Below the pieces are notes generated by a model, which had not been told where the DNA came from, searched no databases, and saw nothing but the letters and a program-made list of their open reading frames with translations. Below, piece by piece: positions 19,164-29,469 of a stretch of 64,000 bases of DNA. Origin of the DNA: an uncultured Acidobacteriota bacterium. GTDB taxonomy: Bacteria > Acidobacteriota > Terriglobia > Terriglobales > Acidobacteriaceae. The number at the start of each line of letters is the position of its first letter. Within the stretch, counting starts at the first letter, position 1. The stretch lies in the NCBI GenBank assembly GCA_963796095.1, contig CAWCKL010000013.1, positions 55,028 through 119,027 of the forward strand. Reading direction: 5' to 3'. A program made the translations under genes and the position numbers.

Positions 19164-19613
19164 TCACTTATGGATGGCGACGCCCTCGATGTAATTTCCG
19201 GGGTTTGCTGGGGACACATCGATCACGTTGAACGTCGAGCGGTCAGGTGACACCTGGATGTTTAGATTCCAACCGCACCCAGTGCCGCAGGTCAGATTCG
19301 CCGTACCGCTGCCGTCGGCATTCAGCGACTGAATCGTGAACATGTTGCCGCTGCTGGTACCGTCGCTCACATCCAGCCGTGTGATAGGTCCCGTGACGTT
19401 CGACGATGAGCCGCTGGCGTTAAGGGCAAACGTGTAAAGCGTAGTACCAAAACCGCAACCAGTCTGGCCGACGATAGTCATCTGTCAGGCTCCTGAGAGA
19501 TCCGCCTTAACAATGTTTCCTGTGGCGGAGCTTGGGGTGGTCATGGCTACTACTACAACCAGCGAAAGCACGACGAGCGATGCCAGCCGTGCCAGTTGAC
19601 AATGGTTTTTCAG
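19164..19613 (-). pseudogene. small secreted hypothetical protein with CTG at the SD-defined start and an in-frame TGA
   Basis: AAAGGAG lies 7 nt upstream of the CTG at 19613-19611. Then KNHCQLARLASLVVLSLVVVVAMTTPSSA (signal peptide), a TGA at 19487-19485, then QMTIVGQTGCGFGTT... in the same frame (105-aa ORF 19164..19481). Confidence 0.4.
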
Positions 19614-20046
19614 GGGGTTACTCCTTTGAGGCACTGCGGAGCCTGAAAAATGCCGGCAAGGTAATAGGTGTGAGCGAAGCCGATAAAAACGGTGAGAAGA
19701 ATGAGGAACGCCATGGCGCAGAAAAAGAGATGGTCGTAACGGCGTCCTGGTGCGGAAGATGGAGCGTAGGTGGACCGAACGACCGTGGTTGCCAAAGTCC
19801 CTCCAAGGATCGAGCGTGATTTTCTACCGAACGCAGAGGATTGTATATCGAAGAGGCAGTTAGACATTCATTCGAATGTATGGGGCTGAGCAGATTCCGA
19901 GAATGGGCGATTCGGTGAGTTTCTTCAGAGCTTCCACGCCTGACAGCGTTGCGACCGGCTCGAACAACTTGAGGTTGAAGTTCGGGGCGCGAAGCATCTT
20001 CAGGCTGGGCCGTTTGACGCTGGCCTTGCCTGCTCCCAGCTGTGCT

Positions 20047-20345
20047 TCATTTCAGGCCGAAGGCGTAAACGTTGCCGTCATCCGAGCCGACATAAACGAC
20101 CCCTTCGCCACGACGGGCGAGGACTCGACAGGGCCGCTGGTCGCATGGTTCCACATCTTGGCGCCGGTGCGGGCGTTTAGCGCGTACACGCTGTTGTCGT
20201 TCGAGCCGACATAAACCACTCCCATTCGCGACTGCGGGCGAGGACTCGACAAAGTTGCCGGTGGCGTAGCTCCACAGCTTGGAGCCGTTGCTCGCGTTCA
20301 GGGCCAGCACGTTCGCGTCCGAGCCGACATAAACCACGCCACGAC
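20047..20345 (-). pseudogene. PQQ-like beta-propeller repeat protein remnant (C-terminal about 100 aa, two frameshifts)
   Basis: Three consecutive repeats are spread over two frames: VYVGSDANVLALNASNGSKLWSYATGNFVESSPAVANG, VVYVGSNDNSVYALNARTGAKMWNHATSGPVESSPVVAKG, and VVYVGSDDGNVYAFGLK-stop. No N-terminal part is present. Confidence 0.6.
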
Positions 20346-20452
20346 GGGTGAGCCATCCATATAGCTGCCGGTCAATTGTGCAAAGATTTGCAGTTCTGCG
20401 CAGTCAGGGGGTGTCTCGTGATTGCCGCGCAAACCTCGGGGTCCTCTGCGGT

Positions 20453-21598
20453 TTAGGATTTTTGTACGGATGATTCAAGCTTCGGAGCCGCAGGCGCGCA
20501 TAGCTGTCCAAGACCCCAGCGCGCACTCTCCGCCACCACAGGATCGTCGTCCGCTGCCAGTTTTTCCAGAGCGGGAATGAAACGCGGGTCCCCGCTATTG
20601 CCCATGGCGATCACCGCATTGCGCCGCAATCCGGTACGTTTGGTGCGGCGAATAGGAGAGCCGCGAAACTTCTCTCGGAATTCTTCCGCGCTCATTTCGG
20701 CGATCCACTCCAGCGCCGGATTCACGAGTCCTTCTCGAGGTTGAAACTCAGCTGCGGTGGTCGATGGCGCTTTGCGGTTCCAGGGACAGACGTCCTGGCA
20801 AATGTCGCATCCAAAGACGTGACGGCCCATGCCTTGACGCATTTCTTTGGGGATTGCGCCGCGCTTCTCGATCGTCAGATAGGAGATGCATTTGTTGGAA
20901 TCGAGTTGGCACGGTGCGATGAACGCGTCCGTGGGACAGGCATCGATGCAGCGGGTGCAACTGCCGCAGCGATCGGGCGCCGGCAGATCGGGTTCGAGCT
21001 CAAGCGAAGTCAAAATCACGCCCAGGAACAACCACGACCCCAGCTTCTGATTCAGGATGCAGGTATTCTTTCCAATCCATCCCACGCCGGCGTATTTGGC
21101 GTAGACGCGTTCGAGCAACGGCCCGGTGTCCACGTAGCAACGAGTTTGTAGCGCCGGCATCTTGTCGGCTGTCGCGAGGGCATCGTGCCCGCGCTCGCCG
21201 ACTGCATCTCGCAACGAGTTTTCCACCATGCGCAGCCGGCGCATCACCGCCTCGTGGTAGTCTTCGCGACTCCAGGCGTAGCGCGAAATCCATCCGCGTT
21301 CCGGATCGTCGATCTGCGTGGAGTACGGAGGGGCTGTGTTGTAGTTAATCGCGCAGACGATTACGCTCCGCGCCCACGGCGCGGTCGACCGAAGCGAAGC
21401 GCGCTTGAGCTGTCCAGCTTCGTCGCGGGACTCCATGTATTTCATCTCACCGGCGTGTCCGGCTTCGATCCATTCCGGAAAATGTTTCAGCTCGGCGAAG
21501 TCGCGAACTGGGGCGATGCCGGCTAGCTCAATTCCTGCGTCGTGAGCTGCATGCTTTACCAGAGTCGTGATCTGGCTGATCCGGTTCAATGGGCGCAC
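20453..21598 (-). CDS. queG: tRNA epoxyqueuosine(34) reductase QueG
   Basis: CGSCTRCIDACPT and CDICQDVCPWN 4Fe-4S motifs, a GWIGKNT motif, and a C-terminal HEAT-like tail. 381 aa. Confidence 0.93.
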   Translation of the reverse strand: MRPLNRISQITTLVKHAAHDAGIELAGIAPVRDFAELKHFPEWIEAGHAGEMKYMESRDEAGQLKRASLRSTAPWARSVIVCAINYNTAPPYSTQIDDPERGWISRYAWSREDYHEAVMRRLRMVENSLRDAVGERGHDALATADKMPALQTRCYVDTGPLLERVYAKYAGVGWIGKNTCILNQKLGSWLFLGVILTSLELEPDLPAPDRCGSCTRCIDACPTDAFIAPCQLDSNKCISYLTIEKRGAIPKEMRQGMGRHVFGCDICQDVCPWNRKAPSTTAAEFQPREGLVNPALEWIAEMSAEEFREKFRGSPIRRTKRTGLRRNAVIAMGNSGDPRFIPALEKLAADDDPVVAESARWGLGQLCAPAAPKLESSVQKS

Positions 21599-21635
21599 CT
21601 TATTCTAAGAATCGTGTTATCAGCGCTATCGCGAG

Positions 21636-21698
21636 ACGTAGCAAAGCTACGTTTCTACAGGAAATGTGATTCTGTAGAAACGTTGCTTGCAACGTTTC
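21636..21698. repeat. paired REP-like palindromes sharing the CTGTAGAAACGT core
   Basis: ACGTAGCaaaGCTACGTTTCTACAG (21636-21660), 11 nt, then CTGTAGAAACGTTGCttGCAACGTTTC (21672-21698). Located 16 nt downstream of the kinase stop. Confidence 0.6.
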
Positions 21699-21713
21699 GG
21701 GGCGGCGGGAATT

Positions 21714-24410
21714 TCATTTATTACTGGCGGCGAGGGCCTTGTTGTCCGCGTCGGCCAGCTCGGCTTGAAACTTCGCCGCCTTCTCGGGCTGATGTAGCGC
21801 GCCGTATTCCTCGACCAGGTCTTTACGCGAATTTTGCAGCCAGTTGGCTGGGGGATTGGCCTGCTTCATCAGAATCCCGTGACCAGCCAGGCTCTCAACC
21901 TCGGCATCCGCATAGCGATGCAGCGGAATGAGCGCGCGTCCCAGCTTGATGCGTGCAATCGCCACATTCAGATGGTCTGGCGGAAGCGTCTCAGCATAGA
22001 TCTCGAGCGCATCCCGGAAAGATCGCTCCGCGCGGGCGTACTGCTTGCGCTCCATGTAGACGCCTCCCAGATTGGCCAGCGCCGAACCAATGTAATAGTG
22101 CTTCCTTTTGTACACTTCGCTGTAGATGTCGGCCTGGCGGCGGAAATCTGCCTCCGCCTCGTCCAGCTTACCTTGTTTCATTGCCACCTTGCCCAATTCG
22201 CCCAGTGCCGACGCGACGCGGGGATGCACTGGCCCATAAACGCGCTCTTGAATGCCGAGCGCCTCTCGCAGCATGTTAGCCGAATCGTCGAATCGTCCTT
22301 GATTATTCAGCGACCGGCCGAGGACCGTCATGACCGAGGCCGTCTCGGGGTGGTCCTTGCCATAAAAGCCTTGGATAATGTCCAGGGCCTGACGATAGTA
22401 GCGTTCGGTCTCGGCGTAATGGCCCCACTCGCTCTGGATCGCGCCCAAGTTGATCAGGTCTTCGGCAACATTGGGATGGCGTTCGCCATAAAGCTGGCGA
22501 TCCATTGTAACGACGCGCAGGTTCAGCGAGTTCGAAATGTCCAGATGACCTGCGTAGAACTGGGCGTTGGCCAACTCAGTCAGGCTCTCGGCAAGGTCGG
22601 CGGTTACTCCGCCGGCTGCCGACTGAATTCGCACCGCATCGTCGAGCACCTGAATGCCCTGGTCGTACTTGCCCTCATTCACTAACACCTCTCCGAGGGC
22701 GTACAAAGCTCTCCCTACGCGTGGGTGCGTGGGCGGCAGGTGCCGCTTGCTTATCTCGAGACCCTGGCGGATGAATTGTTCGGCCTGCTCATATTGCGCC
22801 TGATCGGAACGCAGTTGGCCTAGCGCTACCAGGCTTTCCGCCACTTCGGTGCTGTCCGCGCCGAAGATCGCCTTGCGCCGTTCAAGGGCGGAGTGCAGCA
22901 GCGAGTCCGCTTGATCGAACTTGCCCAACTGATCGTAGATGGTTCCGAGCGTTTGGTAGAGCTCTGCTTGTACCTTGGGATCGCTGTTGAGACTCTGGGC
23001 TTCGTGCACGCCACGGTCGAGCAGTGTGACGACGCGCATGCTATCGCCAGGCCCGACTGAATCATCGCCACCTTGAAACAGGTTCATCATGAAACGCTGA
23101 ATGCGTTGCGTGCGCGCCGCTTCATCCAAAGCGGCGTTCCGGGCCTTCGCTAAGCGCACCGTAAAGAACACCACCAGACCGACGACGATCGTGAACACAA
23201 GTGCCGCCGCGGAAACCGCGCGCCGGTTGCGCCGGACGAACTTGCGCAGCCGGTAGCGAAAAGTGTCAGGCCGCGCCTCCAAAGGCTCGCCCTTCAAGTA
23301 GTGATCGACGTCGCGGATCAGCGCTTCGACCGACTGGTATCTCCGCTGCGTATCCTTATGCATTGCGGTGAGGCAAAGGACGTCCAGGTCGGACCAGGCG
23401 GTTTTGTTGGCGTAGGGAATGTTCTGGTTTGCCCTTGGCAATTCGGCCATCCTCCTCGCTACCGCCGACGGCTTCTCCGGATCCTGCCCCACGATCACGG
23501 CCTCGGCTTCTCCGGGAGTCAGTTTCGACAAGTCGAAGGGAAGCCCTCCCGCGAGCAGTTCGTACAGAATGACGCCGAGAGAGTATACGTCGGTGTGAAT
23601 GCCCACGCGATCACCGCGGACCTGCTCCGGCGCCGCATAGGCCGGAGTCATCAACCGCAGCCCCGTCATGGTTTGATCGTTTCTGGTCTGATCGCGGTTT
23701 GTGGGCGTTTCCAGGTTCTCAAGTTGCTTGGCGATACCGAAGTCGAGCAGCCGGACGGTTCCGTCGGCCTTTACCAGAATGTTCGACGGTTTCAAATCGC
23801 GATGGATCACCGCGTGTTGATGCGCGTATTGCACGGCTTCGCACACCGCACGAAACAGCTGCAGCCGCTCCTCGATGGAGCACGCGTGCTGGCTGCTGTA
23901 ATCCGTTAGCGGCACACCATCGACGTACTCCATGACAAACCACGGAGTCCCGTCGTCGAGGGTGTCAGCATCGTAGAGCCGCGCTATGGACGGATGATTT
24001 AGTTGCGCCAGCGTGCGCTGCTCGCTGGTGAAGCGTTGGCGCCGAGCCGGAGACAGCCACGCATCGCGGAGCAGCTTGATCGCGACCAGGCTGCCGAGGT
24101 CGATGCGTTCTGCAAGATAGACCACGCCCATCCCGCCTTCACCAAGCGTTCCCTTGATGCGGTAGGGGCCGAATTCCTTGAAGAGAAGCGAAACGGGACC
24201 GGCTTCGTCGAGCACGTCATGCGCGACGTGCGCCAGATCGCGATCAAGCAGAGACGTGCCTCGGGCATCTTCTTCGAGCAAAGCGAGCACGTCCGCCATG
24301 AGCCCGTCGTCGCTGCATGCGGTCTTCAGAAAAGCTCGCTGCTCGGGCTCGGCAAGGTCCGCCGCCTCGTGAAAGAGGATCTGGATTCGCTCCCAGCGCG
24401 CGCTGTCCAT
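21714..24410 (-). CDS. Ser/Thr protein kinase with transmembrane segment and C-terminal TPR array
   Basis: VAIKLL (Lys), HRDLKPSNILV, DFGIAK, APE. A TM helix (AVSAAALVFTIVVGLVVFFTV), then about 450 aa of TPR repeats. Confidence 0.9.
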   Translation of the reverse strand: MDSARWERIQILFHEAADLAEPEQRAFLKTACSDDGLMADVLALLEEDARGTSLLDRDLAHVAHDVLDEAGPVSLLFKEFGPYRIKGTLGEGGMGVVYLAERIDLGSLVAIKLLRDAWLSPARRQRFTSEQRTLAQLNHPSIARLYDADTLDDGTPWFVMEYVDGVPLTDYSSQHACSIEERLQLFRAVCEAVQYAHQHAVIHRDLKPSNILVKADGTVRLLDFGIAKQLENLETPTNRDQTRNDQTMTGLRLMTPAYAAPEQVRGDRVGIHTDVYSLGVILYELLAGGLPFDLSKLTPGEAEAVIVGQDPEKPSAVARRMAELPRANQNIPYANKTAWSDLDVLCLTAMHKDTQRRYQSVEALIRDVDHYLKGEPLEARPDTFRYRLRKFVRRNRRAVSAAALVFTIVVGLVVFFTVRLAKARNAALDEAARTQRIQRFMMNLFQGGDDSVGPGDSMRVVTLLDRGVHEAQSLNSDPKVQAELYQTLGTIYDQLGKFDQADSLLHSALERRKAIFGADSTEVAESLVALGQLRSDQAQYEQAEQFIRQGLEISKRHLPPTHPRVGRALYALGEVLVNEGKYDQGIQVLDDAVRIQSAAGGVTADLAESLTELANAQFYAGHLDISNSLNLRVVTMDRQLYGERHPNVAEDLINLGAIQSEWGHYAETERYYRQALDIIQGFYGKDHPETASVMTVLGRSLNNQGRFDDSANMLREALGIQERVYGPVHPRVASALGELGKVAMKQGKLDEAEADFRRQADIYSEVYKRKHYYIGSALANLGGVYMERKQYARAERSFRDALEIYAETLPPDHLNVAIARIKLGRALIPLHRYADAEVESLAGHGILMKQANPPANWLQNSRKDLVEEYGALHQPEKAAKFQAELADADNKALAASNK

Positions 24411-24433
24411 CTTCGCTCCCTGCTACCCTGCGT

Positions 24434-24465
24434 CTGTAGAAACGTAGCTTGTTACGTTTCTACAG
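24434..24465. repeat. REP-like palindrome, same family as 21636-21698
   Basis: CTGTAGAAACGTAGCttgTTACGTTTCTACAG, between the sigma factor stop (24486) and the kinase start (24410). Confidence 0.6.
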
Positions 24466-24485
24466 TTAGCCTGGGGTTTGGCAAG

Positions 24486-25097
24486 TCAGCTCGCTCGCCG
24501 AAGCTCATGGGCCAGCCATGCTTTGGCTGCGCGCCAATCGCGCAATATTGTGGCTTCGGACACTTCGAGCAACGCCGCGGTTTCGGTGATGTCCAGCCCC
24601 CCGAAGAACCGGCTTTCGACCATCATTGCCTGGCGCGGCTCAATGCGCGCCAGCTCTTCGAGCGCGCTATCAAGCGCCAACAGATCCTGTCCGCACGACG
24701 CCCTCGGCGTCTGCGACTCGTCGAAGGTGATCACCACCACACCCTCGCCTCCGCCGCGCTTTGATGCATTCCGCCGCCGCGCCGCCTCGACCAGAACCTG
24801 ACGCATGGCACGAGCGGCGATCCGCTTGAAATGCAGGCGCGAGGTTGAAGCGAAGCGTGGGGATTTGGCCAGCTTCACCCAAGCCTCGTTGACCATGGTG
24901 GTCGGGCTGAGCGTGGCCCCGGGATCGCTGCGCTTCACGCTCGATGCCAGGCGCCGCAGCTCTTCATAGGTCAGGCTGAACATCTGATCCAGGGTGCGCC
25001 GTTCCGCTGGCGTTTTCACCCGTTCGTCCGGCTGAAATTGGCTCGCCACTCGATTATGTCGAAACGGCATGACACTTTTTCCGGCGCTTTTGCGCAA
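24486..25097 (-). CDS. ECF-type sigma-70 factor (kinase-associated type, TIGR02999-like)
   Basis: MVNEAWVKL region 2. RFFGGLDITETAALLEVSEATILRDWRAAKAWL region 4. Lies directly upstream of the kinase on the same strand. The start may be the internal Met at 25070. Confidence 0.85.
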   Translation of the reverse strand: MRKSAGKSVMPFRHNRVASQFQPDERVKTPAERRTLDQMFSLTYEELRRLASSVKRSDPGATLSPTTMVNEAWVKLAKSPRFASTSRLHFKRIAARAMRQVLVEAARRRNASKRGGGEGVVVITFDESQTPRASCGQDLLALDSALEELARIEPRQAMMVESRFFGGLDITETAALLEVSEATILRDWRAAKAWLAHELRRAS

Positions 25098-25675
25098 TGC
25101 GTAGTGAAGGCTGGCTGCGGGAGAAGCACCCTGGGGAGGGGCGGGGAAGCACGCAGCTTTCCTGGAAGTGGAATGCTATCAGCGCAGCCGCCTTCGATCA
25201 AGACTGAATTAGAACGGATCTGTTATGAAATCCCGGATCCCATGCCTCGCAACACCCACGTAGTCCCGGACGCCTCGTCCGGGCCGTCGAGCCGGGCAGG
25301 GCAGTCCGCCGCAGGTGCCCTAGGTTCGCGATTTGCGAAACCTGGGAGACCCATCGGAAGCGCAGCCAAGATCGAGTAACAGCAAAATTGGCCTCCAGAG
25401 CAGCTTTCCCCGCGCCACTCGCTCCGGAAAGTTGTCTCCTGGTCGCCAACCGGAGACGGGGGAAGCGGAAGCTTTCCCCGCACCGGAGCAAAATCTCAAT
25501 CCACTCCCTCGACTATTTTCCCGCCGCATGACAGTTCTTGGTGTGCGCTTACGCAATGTGTAGTGGAGGCAATCCGGCCAAGCCATCCGCATCCCAGCGC
25601 AATGGCGGGCCGGCTGTCACTATCACCAACCCGATCCAGGAGAACTAACTGAAAGACGCATTCCGTTCCCAAATC

Positions 25676-27617
25676 TTGAAGTCCGCAACTTTTCAGCTAT
25701 CTGCTTTCCTTCAACCACGACGTCGAAAAAGCAAACTTACTCGACTCAGGCCCGCGGCCGCCATCTTTGTACTCTGCGTCGCGACCGCGATCGCCTCGCC
25801 AGCGGCCACGAAGTTCAAAAGCCTTGTCAGCTTCGACGGCGCCAATGGTCGAAACCCTAATTTAATGTCTGTTGTCCAAGGTCTGGACGGCAATTTCTAT
25901 GGAACAACCGAATACGGCGGCGCCAACCACCCTGCAATTCGGCCCAGGTGGGTTGTGGTGTGGTCTTCAAAATGACCCCCGGCGGCGCCCTGACTACGCT
26001 CTACAGTTTTTGCTCCAAAACCAACTGCACCGATGGAGCCTACTCAACCGCATCGCTGCTTCTGCTCATCAACGGCAACTTCCGGGGAACCACCTTGGCC
26101 GGCGGTGCAAACGGCTTTGGTTCAGTTTTTGAAATCACGCCTGCAGGCAAGCTGACGACGCTCTATAGTTTTTGCTCTGTCTCAGGCTTTATCGACGGCA
26201 TCAGCCCAGAGACGGCGCTAATCCAGGGCACCGACGGCAACTTCTACGGGACCACAGTCCACGGCGGGAAATACGGTTGCGGCGGTTGCCACGGCGCTGG
26301 AACCGTCTTCAAGATTACTGCCGGCGGAAAGCTGACCACGGTCTATGACTTTTGCGCGCAAACCAACTGCGATGACGGCGCCTATCCATTCGGGGCATTG
26401 ATCCAGGGCACCGACGGGAATTTCTACGGCACCGCCGACCAGGGAGGCACAACCGGTGCGGGCACGGTTTTCAAGCTCACTCCCGGCGGAAAGCTGACTG
26501 TGCTCTACACTTTTTGTTCTCTGACGGGCTGCACTGACGGGATCAATCCTTACGGATCTCTGGTCCAAGGCACCGACGGGAACTTCTACGGCACAACCGA
26601 CGGCGACGACTCCAACAATGGCACCGTCTTCAAACTCACTCCCGCTGGCAAGTTGACCACGCTGGCCAACTTTAGCGTCGCCAACGACAATGCCGTCCCC
26701 TTTGCAGGACTGGTGCAGGCCACCGACGGCAACTTCTACGGGGCAGCCTTTATCAACTATCACGATGGCAACTGCTGCGGCGGCGTCTTCAAAATCACCC
26801 CGTCAGGCAAATATACCGTGATCCACCAGTTTGTCGACACTGACGGCAACGGCCCCTACGGACTTTCTCCGTACACCGGCGGGCCATTCTACGGTGTCAC
26901 CAGCGCCGGCGGGACAGACAACCTGGGGACCGTCTTTGATGTGTCCGTCGGCCTTAAGCCATTTGTGGAACTCCTCCCCACCTACGGCAAGGTCGGCAAG
27001 ACCATCGATATCCTCGGCCAGGGTTTAACCGGCACAACTGGCGTTTCTTTTGACGGCGTTGCCGCAACCTTTAACAACGTCTCCGACACTTACATCACTG
27101 CCGTGATCCCGACCGGTGCACTCACTGGCACCGTAACCGTAACCACGTTTACCGCGAGTTACAACAGCAGCCAGATTTTCCGGGTCGCGCCCCAGCTGAC
27201 CAGCTTCAAACCCGGAGCCGGCAAAGTCAGTAGCACCGTGACCATCACCGGAGTCAGCCTCTCGCAGACTACGCGATCACGGCCACCGTCCCCCCTGGCA
27301 CCAAGACGGGCCAGAAGATCACCGTCACGACGGTCGGCGGCGCCGCCACCAGCACCCAGGCTTTCGCGGTCGAGCCGTTCATTCAAACCTTCAGTCCAAC
27401 CAGCGGTTCGGTCGGAACATCGGTAAAAATCACCGGCACCACCTTTACCGGCACGAGCAAAGTGACCTTTGGCGGCGTCGCGGCCACCAGCTTCGAGGTG
27501 ATTGATGACTCGCATGTGGGTGCGCTAGTCCCGACCGGCGCGAAAACCGGAAAGATCACTGTCACAACTCCAGGAGGGACAGCGACCAGCGCAACCAACT
27601 TCACCGTGACCAACTAA
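25676..27617 (+). pseudogene. secreted GloVer (Gloeo_Verruco) tandem-repeat protein with C-terminal IPT/TIG domains, frame-disrupted
   Basis: Signal peptide, then at least 7 repeats of the type LIQGTDGNFYGTT..GG..GAGTVFKLTPGGKLTTLYSFC, then IPT-like modules. The frame breaks near 25950 and near 27270. My translation of the last frame gives YAITATVPPGTKTGQKITVTT...KVTFGGVAATSFEVIDDSHVGALVPTGAKTGKITVTTPGGTATSATNFTVTN and a stop at 27615-27617. Confidence 0.7.
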
Positions 27618-28041
27618 TGTTGTAAGCCGTTCCTCAAGGGCGGCTCGTTTTTTCGGAGACTGTCTCTATTAGATTAGGCTGAAAAACTCGGGCTCTAGAA
27701 TCAATTGAGGCGTTAGCCGCTGAGGTAACACATTCAAGTTCCCCAATCGGGTGCCCCAGGCCTCGCGCTTTTCGAGACCTGGGAAGCAGCTAGGTTTCCG
27801 TACCGCCCATTCAGTAGGAGCGCGCGCTTCGGTTTGGATCGAGAATCGTCTATCGGTCGCATTACACAGGCAAGGCAATGTTCGAGATTGATCCTGAGGA
27901 CGCTGCTGCTTGTTAACGCGCGCCTTTGCTCGTCAAGGATGCACGTGGTCGTTCTGCGGATTGTTGTTGACGTCGCGTTCACGCTCATTGACCAGGATGT
28001 CGGCACTGGCTTAGACTCAACAACTTCACACAGGAGGGACC

Positions 28042-28542
28042 ATGAATTTCGGAACATTTACTCGCAGGAATTTTGCTGGGCGGCTGGCCGCAGTGCTTTC
28101 CACTGTCGGACTTACCGGAGCGGCGCTGGCGGGCGGCGCCGAAGCCATGGCGGATGACAGCATCCGCAAGCTCGGCGACGACGGCAAGCCCGCCGATGGC
28201 AAACAGATGATCACGCCGATCGTGGTTCACAATGGCCTGATCTACGTGGCCGGGCAAGGGGCGCACGATGCCGGTCCCGCCGAGCAATTCGAAATTGGAC
28301 ATCACACCACCATCGTGATGGACAATGTGAAGAAACTCGTCGAAACCGGTGGCGGCACCGTGGACAGCATTCTTCAGCTCAGCGTATTTCTCGCCGACAT
28401 CAAGTACTACGACGGAATGAACAAGGTGTTCAAGACCTACTTCCCGAACGGCGGTCCGGCCCGCACCACGGTCGCCGTCGCTGCGCTACCCGGAAATTCG
28501 CTAGTGGAAATTAACTGCATAGCAGTGGTGGTGAAGAAATAG
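28042..28542 (+). CDS. RidA/YjgF-family protein with twin-arginine signal peptide
   Basis: FTRRNFAGRLAAVLSTVGLTGAALAGGAEA (Tat-like signal), then LIYVAGQGA, VFLADIKYYDGMNKVFKTYF and PARTTVAVAALPGNSLVEINCIA. Confidence 0.88.
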   Translation: MNFGTFTRRNFAGRLAAVLSTVGLTGAALAGGAEAMADDSIRKLGDDGKPADGKQMITPIVVHNGLIYVAGQGAHDAGPAEQFEIGHHTTIVMDNVKKLVETGGGTVDSILQLSVFLADIKYYDGMNKVFKTYFPNGGPARTTVAVAALPGNSLVEINCIAVVVKK

Positions 28543-28676
28543 CCAGGGTTCTGTCTAACATCACGATTTCTTTCGTCGACTAACCCTGAGCGAAATGGAC
28601 TGGGTACGTCAGTTTACCTGCCCATAACGATGTCTCAGGCGGTCGTGCTCATGCTTTCACCACGCAAAAGGCGGGT

Positions 28677-28719
28677 GCCCCACCCTTCTCGTGTTCTTTG
28701 AGAGAGGGTGGGGCTTTTT
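28677..28719 (+). terminator. rho-independent terminator-like hairpin
   Basis: GCCCCACCCT (28677-28686) pairs with AGGGTGGGGC (28705-28714), followed by TTTTT. Lies 135 nt after the RidA stop. Confidence 0.55.
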
Positions 28720-28931
28720 GAGGCGTTCATGGCGCCCGCCCCGAGGTCATCTCAAGCCCTCCGCCGTCACCAACCCGAAGTAGCTACTGCCGGTGCTGGG
28801 CGCCAATCGATCTGCGCATGTTAGCATCGACGGCAGGGCCGGACATCATCGTTCCTGGATCGCTCGTATTCCGATCCGCAGAATCTGGCGGAGACTTTCG
28901 AGTGGTCGTGCACTCTAGCTCGGAATTACCG

Positions 28932-29468
28932 ATGGTTGTGATCATGGCGGGCCTCCCGGGTACGGGCAAGAGCACGATCGCGTGCTCGCTTGCGCAGCGG
29001 CTTCCCTGCGCAGTGCTCGATAAGGACATGATTCGATCGACGCTCTTCACGCCTCCACACGTCGAATATTCGCGGGTGCAAGACGATTTTTGTCAGGAGA
29101 TCATGCTGCAGACGACTGCGTATCTGCTCGGAAAGAACTTGTCGTTGTACGTTCTTTTGGATGGCCGGACATTTTCGCGGCGCTACCAGCGTGAGCAGGT
29201 GCTTGAGTTCTGCTCGCAATTGGAGACACAATGGGCCATACTCGAGTGCGTCTGCTCGGAGCAAACCGCACTCGCACGCCTAGAAAAGGCGGCCGAGGAG
29301 CGGATCCACCCAGCCACGAATCGGACGACACGCCTATATCACCAGGTCCAAAAAGCCTGGGAGCCGATTGAGGACCCGAAACTCGTGATCGACACAGAGG
29401 CCAGCTTGGACTCATGTACCGACCGCGCCACGCAGTACCTCGCCCAGATTGTCCGGCCAACGCGGTAG
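28932..29468 (+). CDS. P-loop kinase-like AAA family ATPase (AAA_33 type)
   Basis: MVVIMAGLPGTGKSTIACSLA Walker A directly at the N-terminus when started at the ATG at 28932. About 178 aa, the size of gluconate-kinase/zeta-like NTP kinases. Confidence 0.7.
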   Translation: MVVIMAGLPGTGKSTIACSLAQRLPCAVLDKDMIRSTLFTPPHVEYSRVQDDFCQEIMLQTTAYLLGKNLSLYVLLDGRTFSRRYQREQVLEFCSQLETQWAILECVCSEQTALARLEKAAEERIHPATNRTTRLYHQVQKAWEPIEDPKLVIDTEASLDSCTDRATQYLAQIVRPTR

Positions 29469-29469
29469 G

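Noticed and set aside
19485-19487. In-frame TGA, considered as a possible selenocysteine codon
   Set aside because: I could not see a SECIS-like hairpin immediately downstream, and the surrounding protein has no redox motif. A nonsense mutation is the simpler explanation.
19610-19867. 85-aa ORF with one hydrophobic helix (HLFFCAMAFLILLTVFIGFAHTYYLAGIF)
   Set aside because: It could be the N-terminal stub of a membrane protein, but it ends after one helix and I cannot name the family. The evidence is insufficient for a feature.
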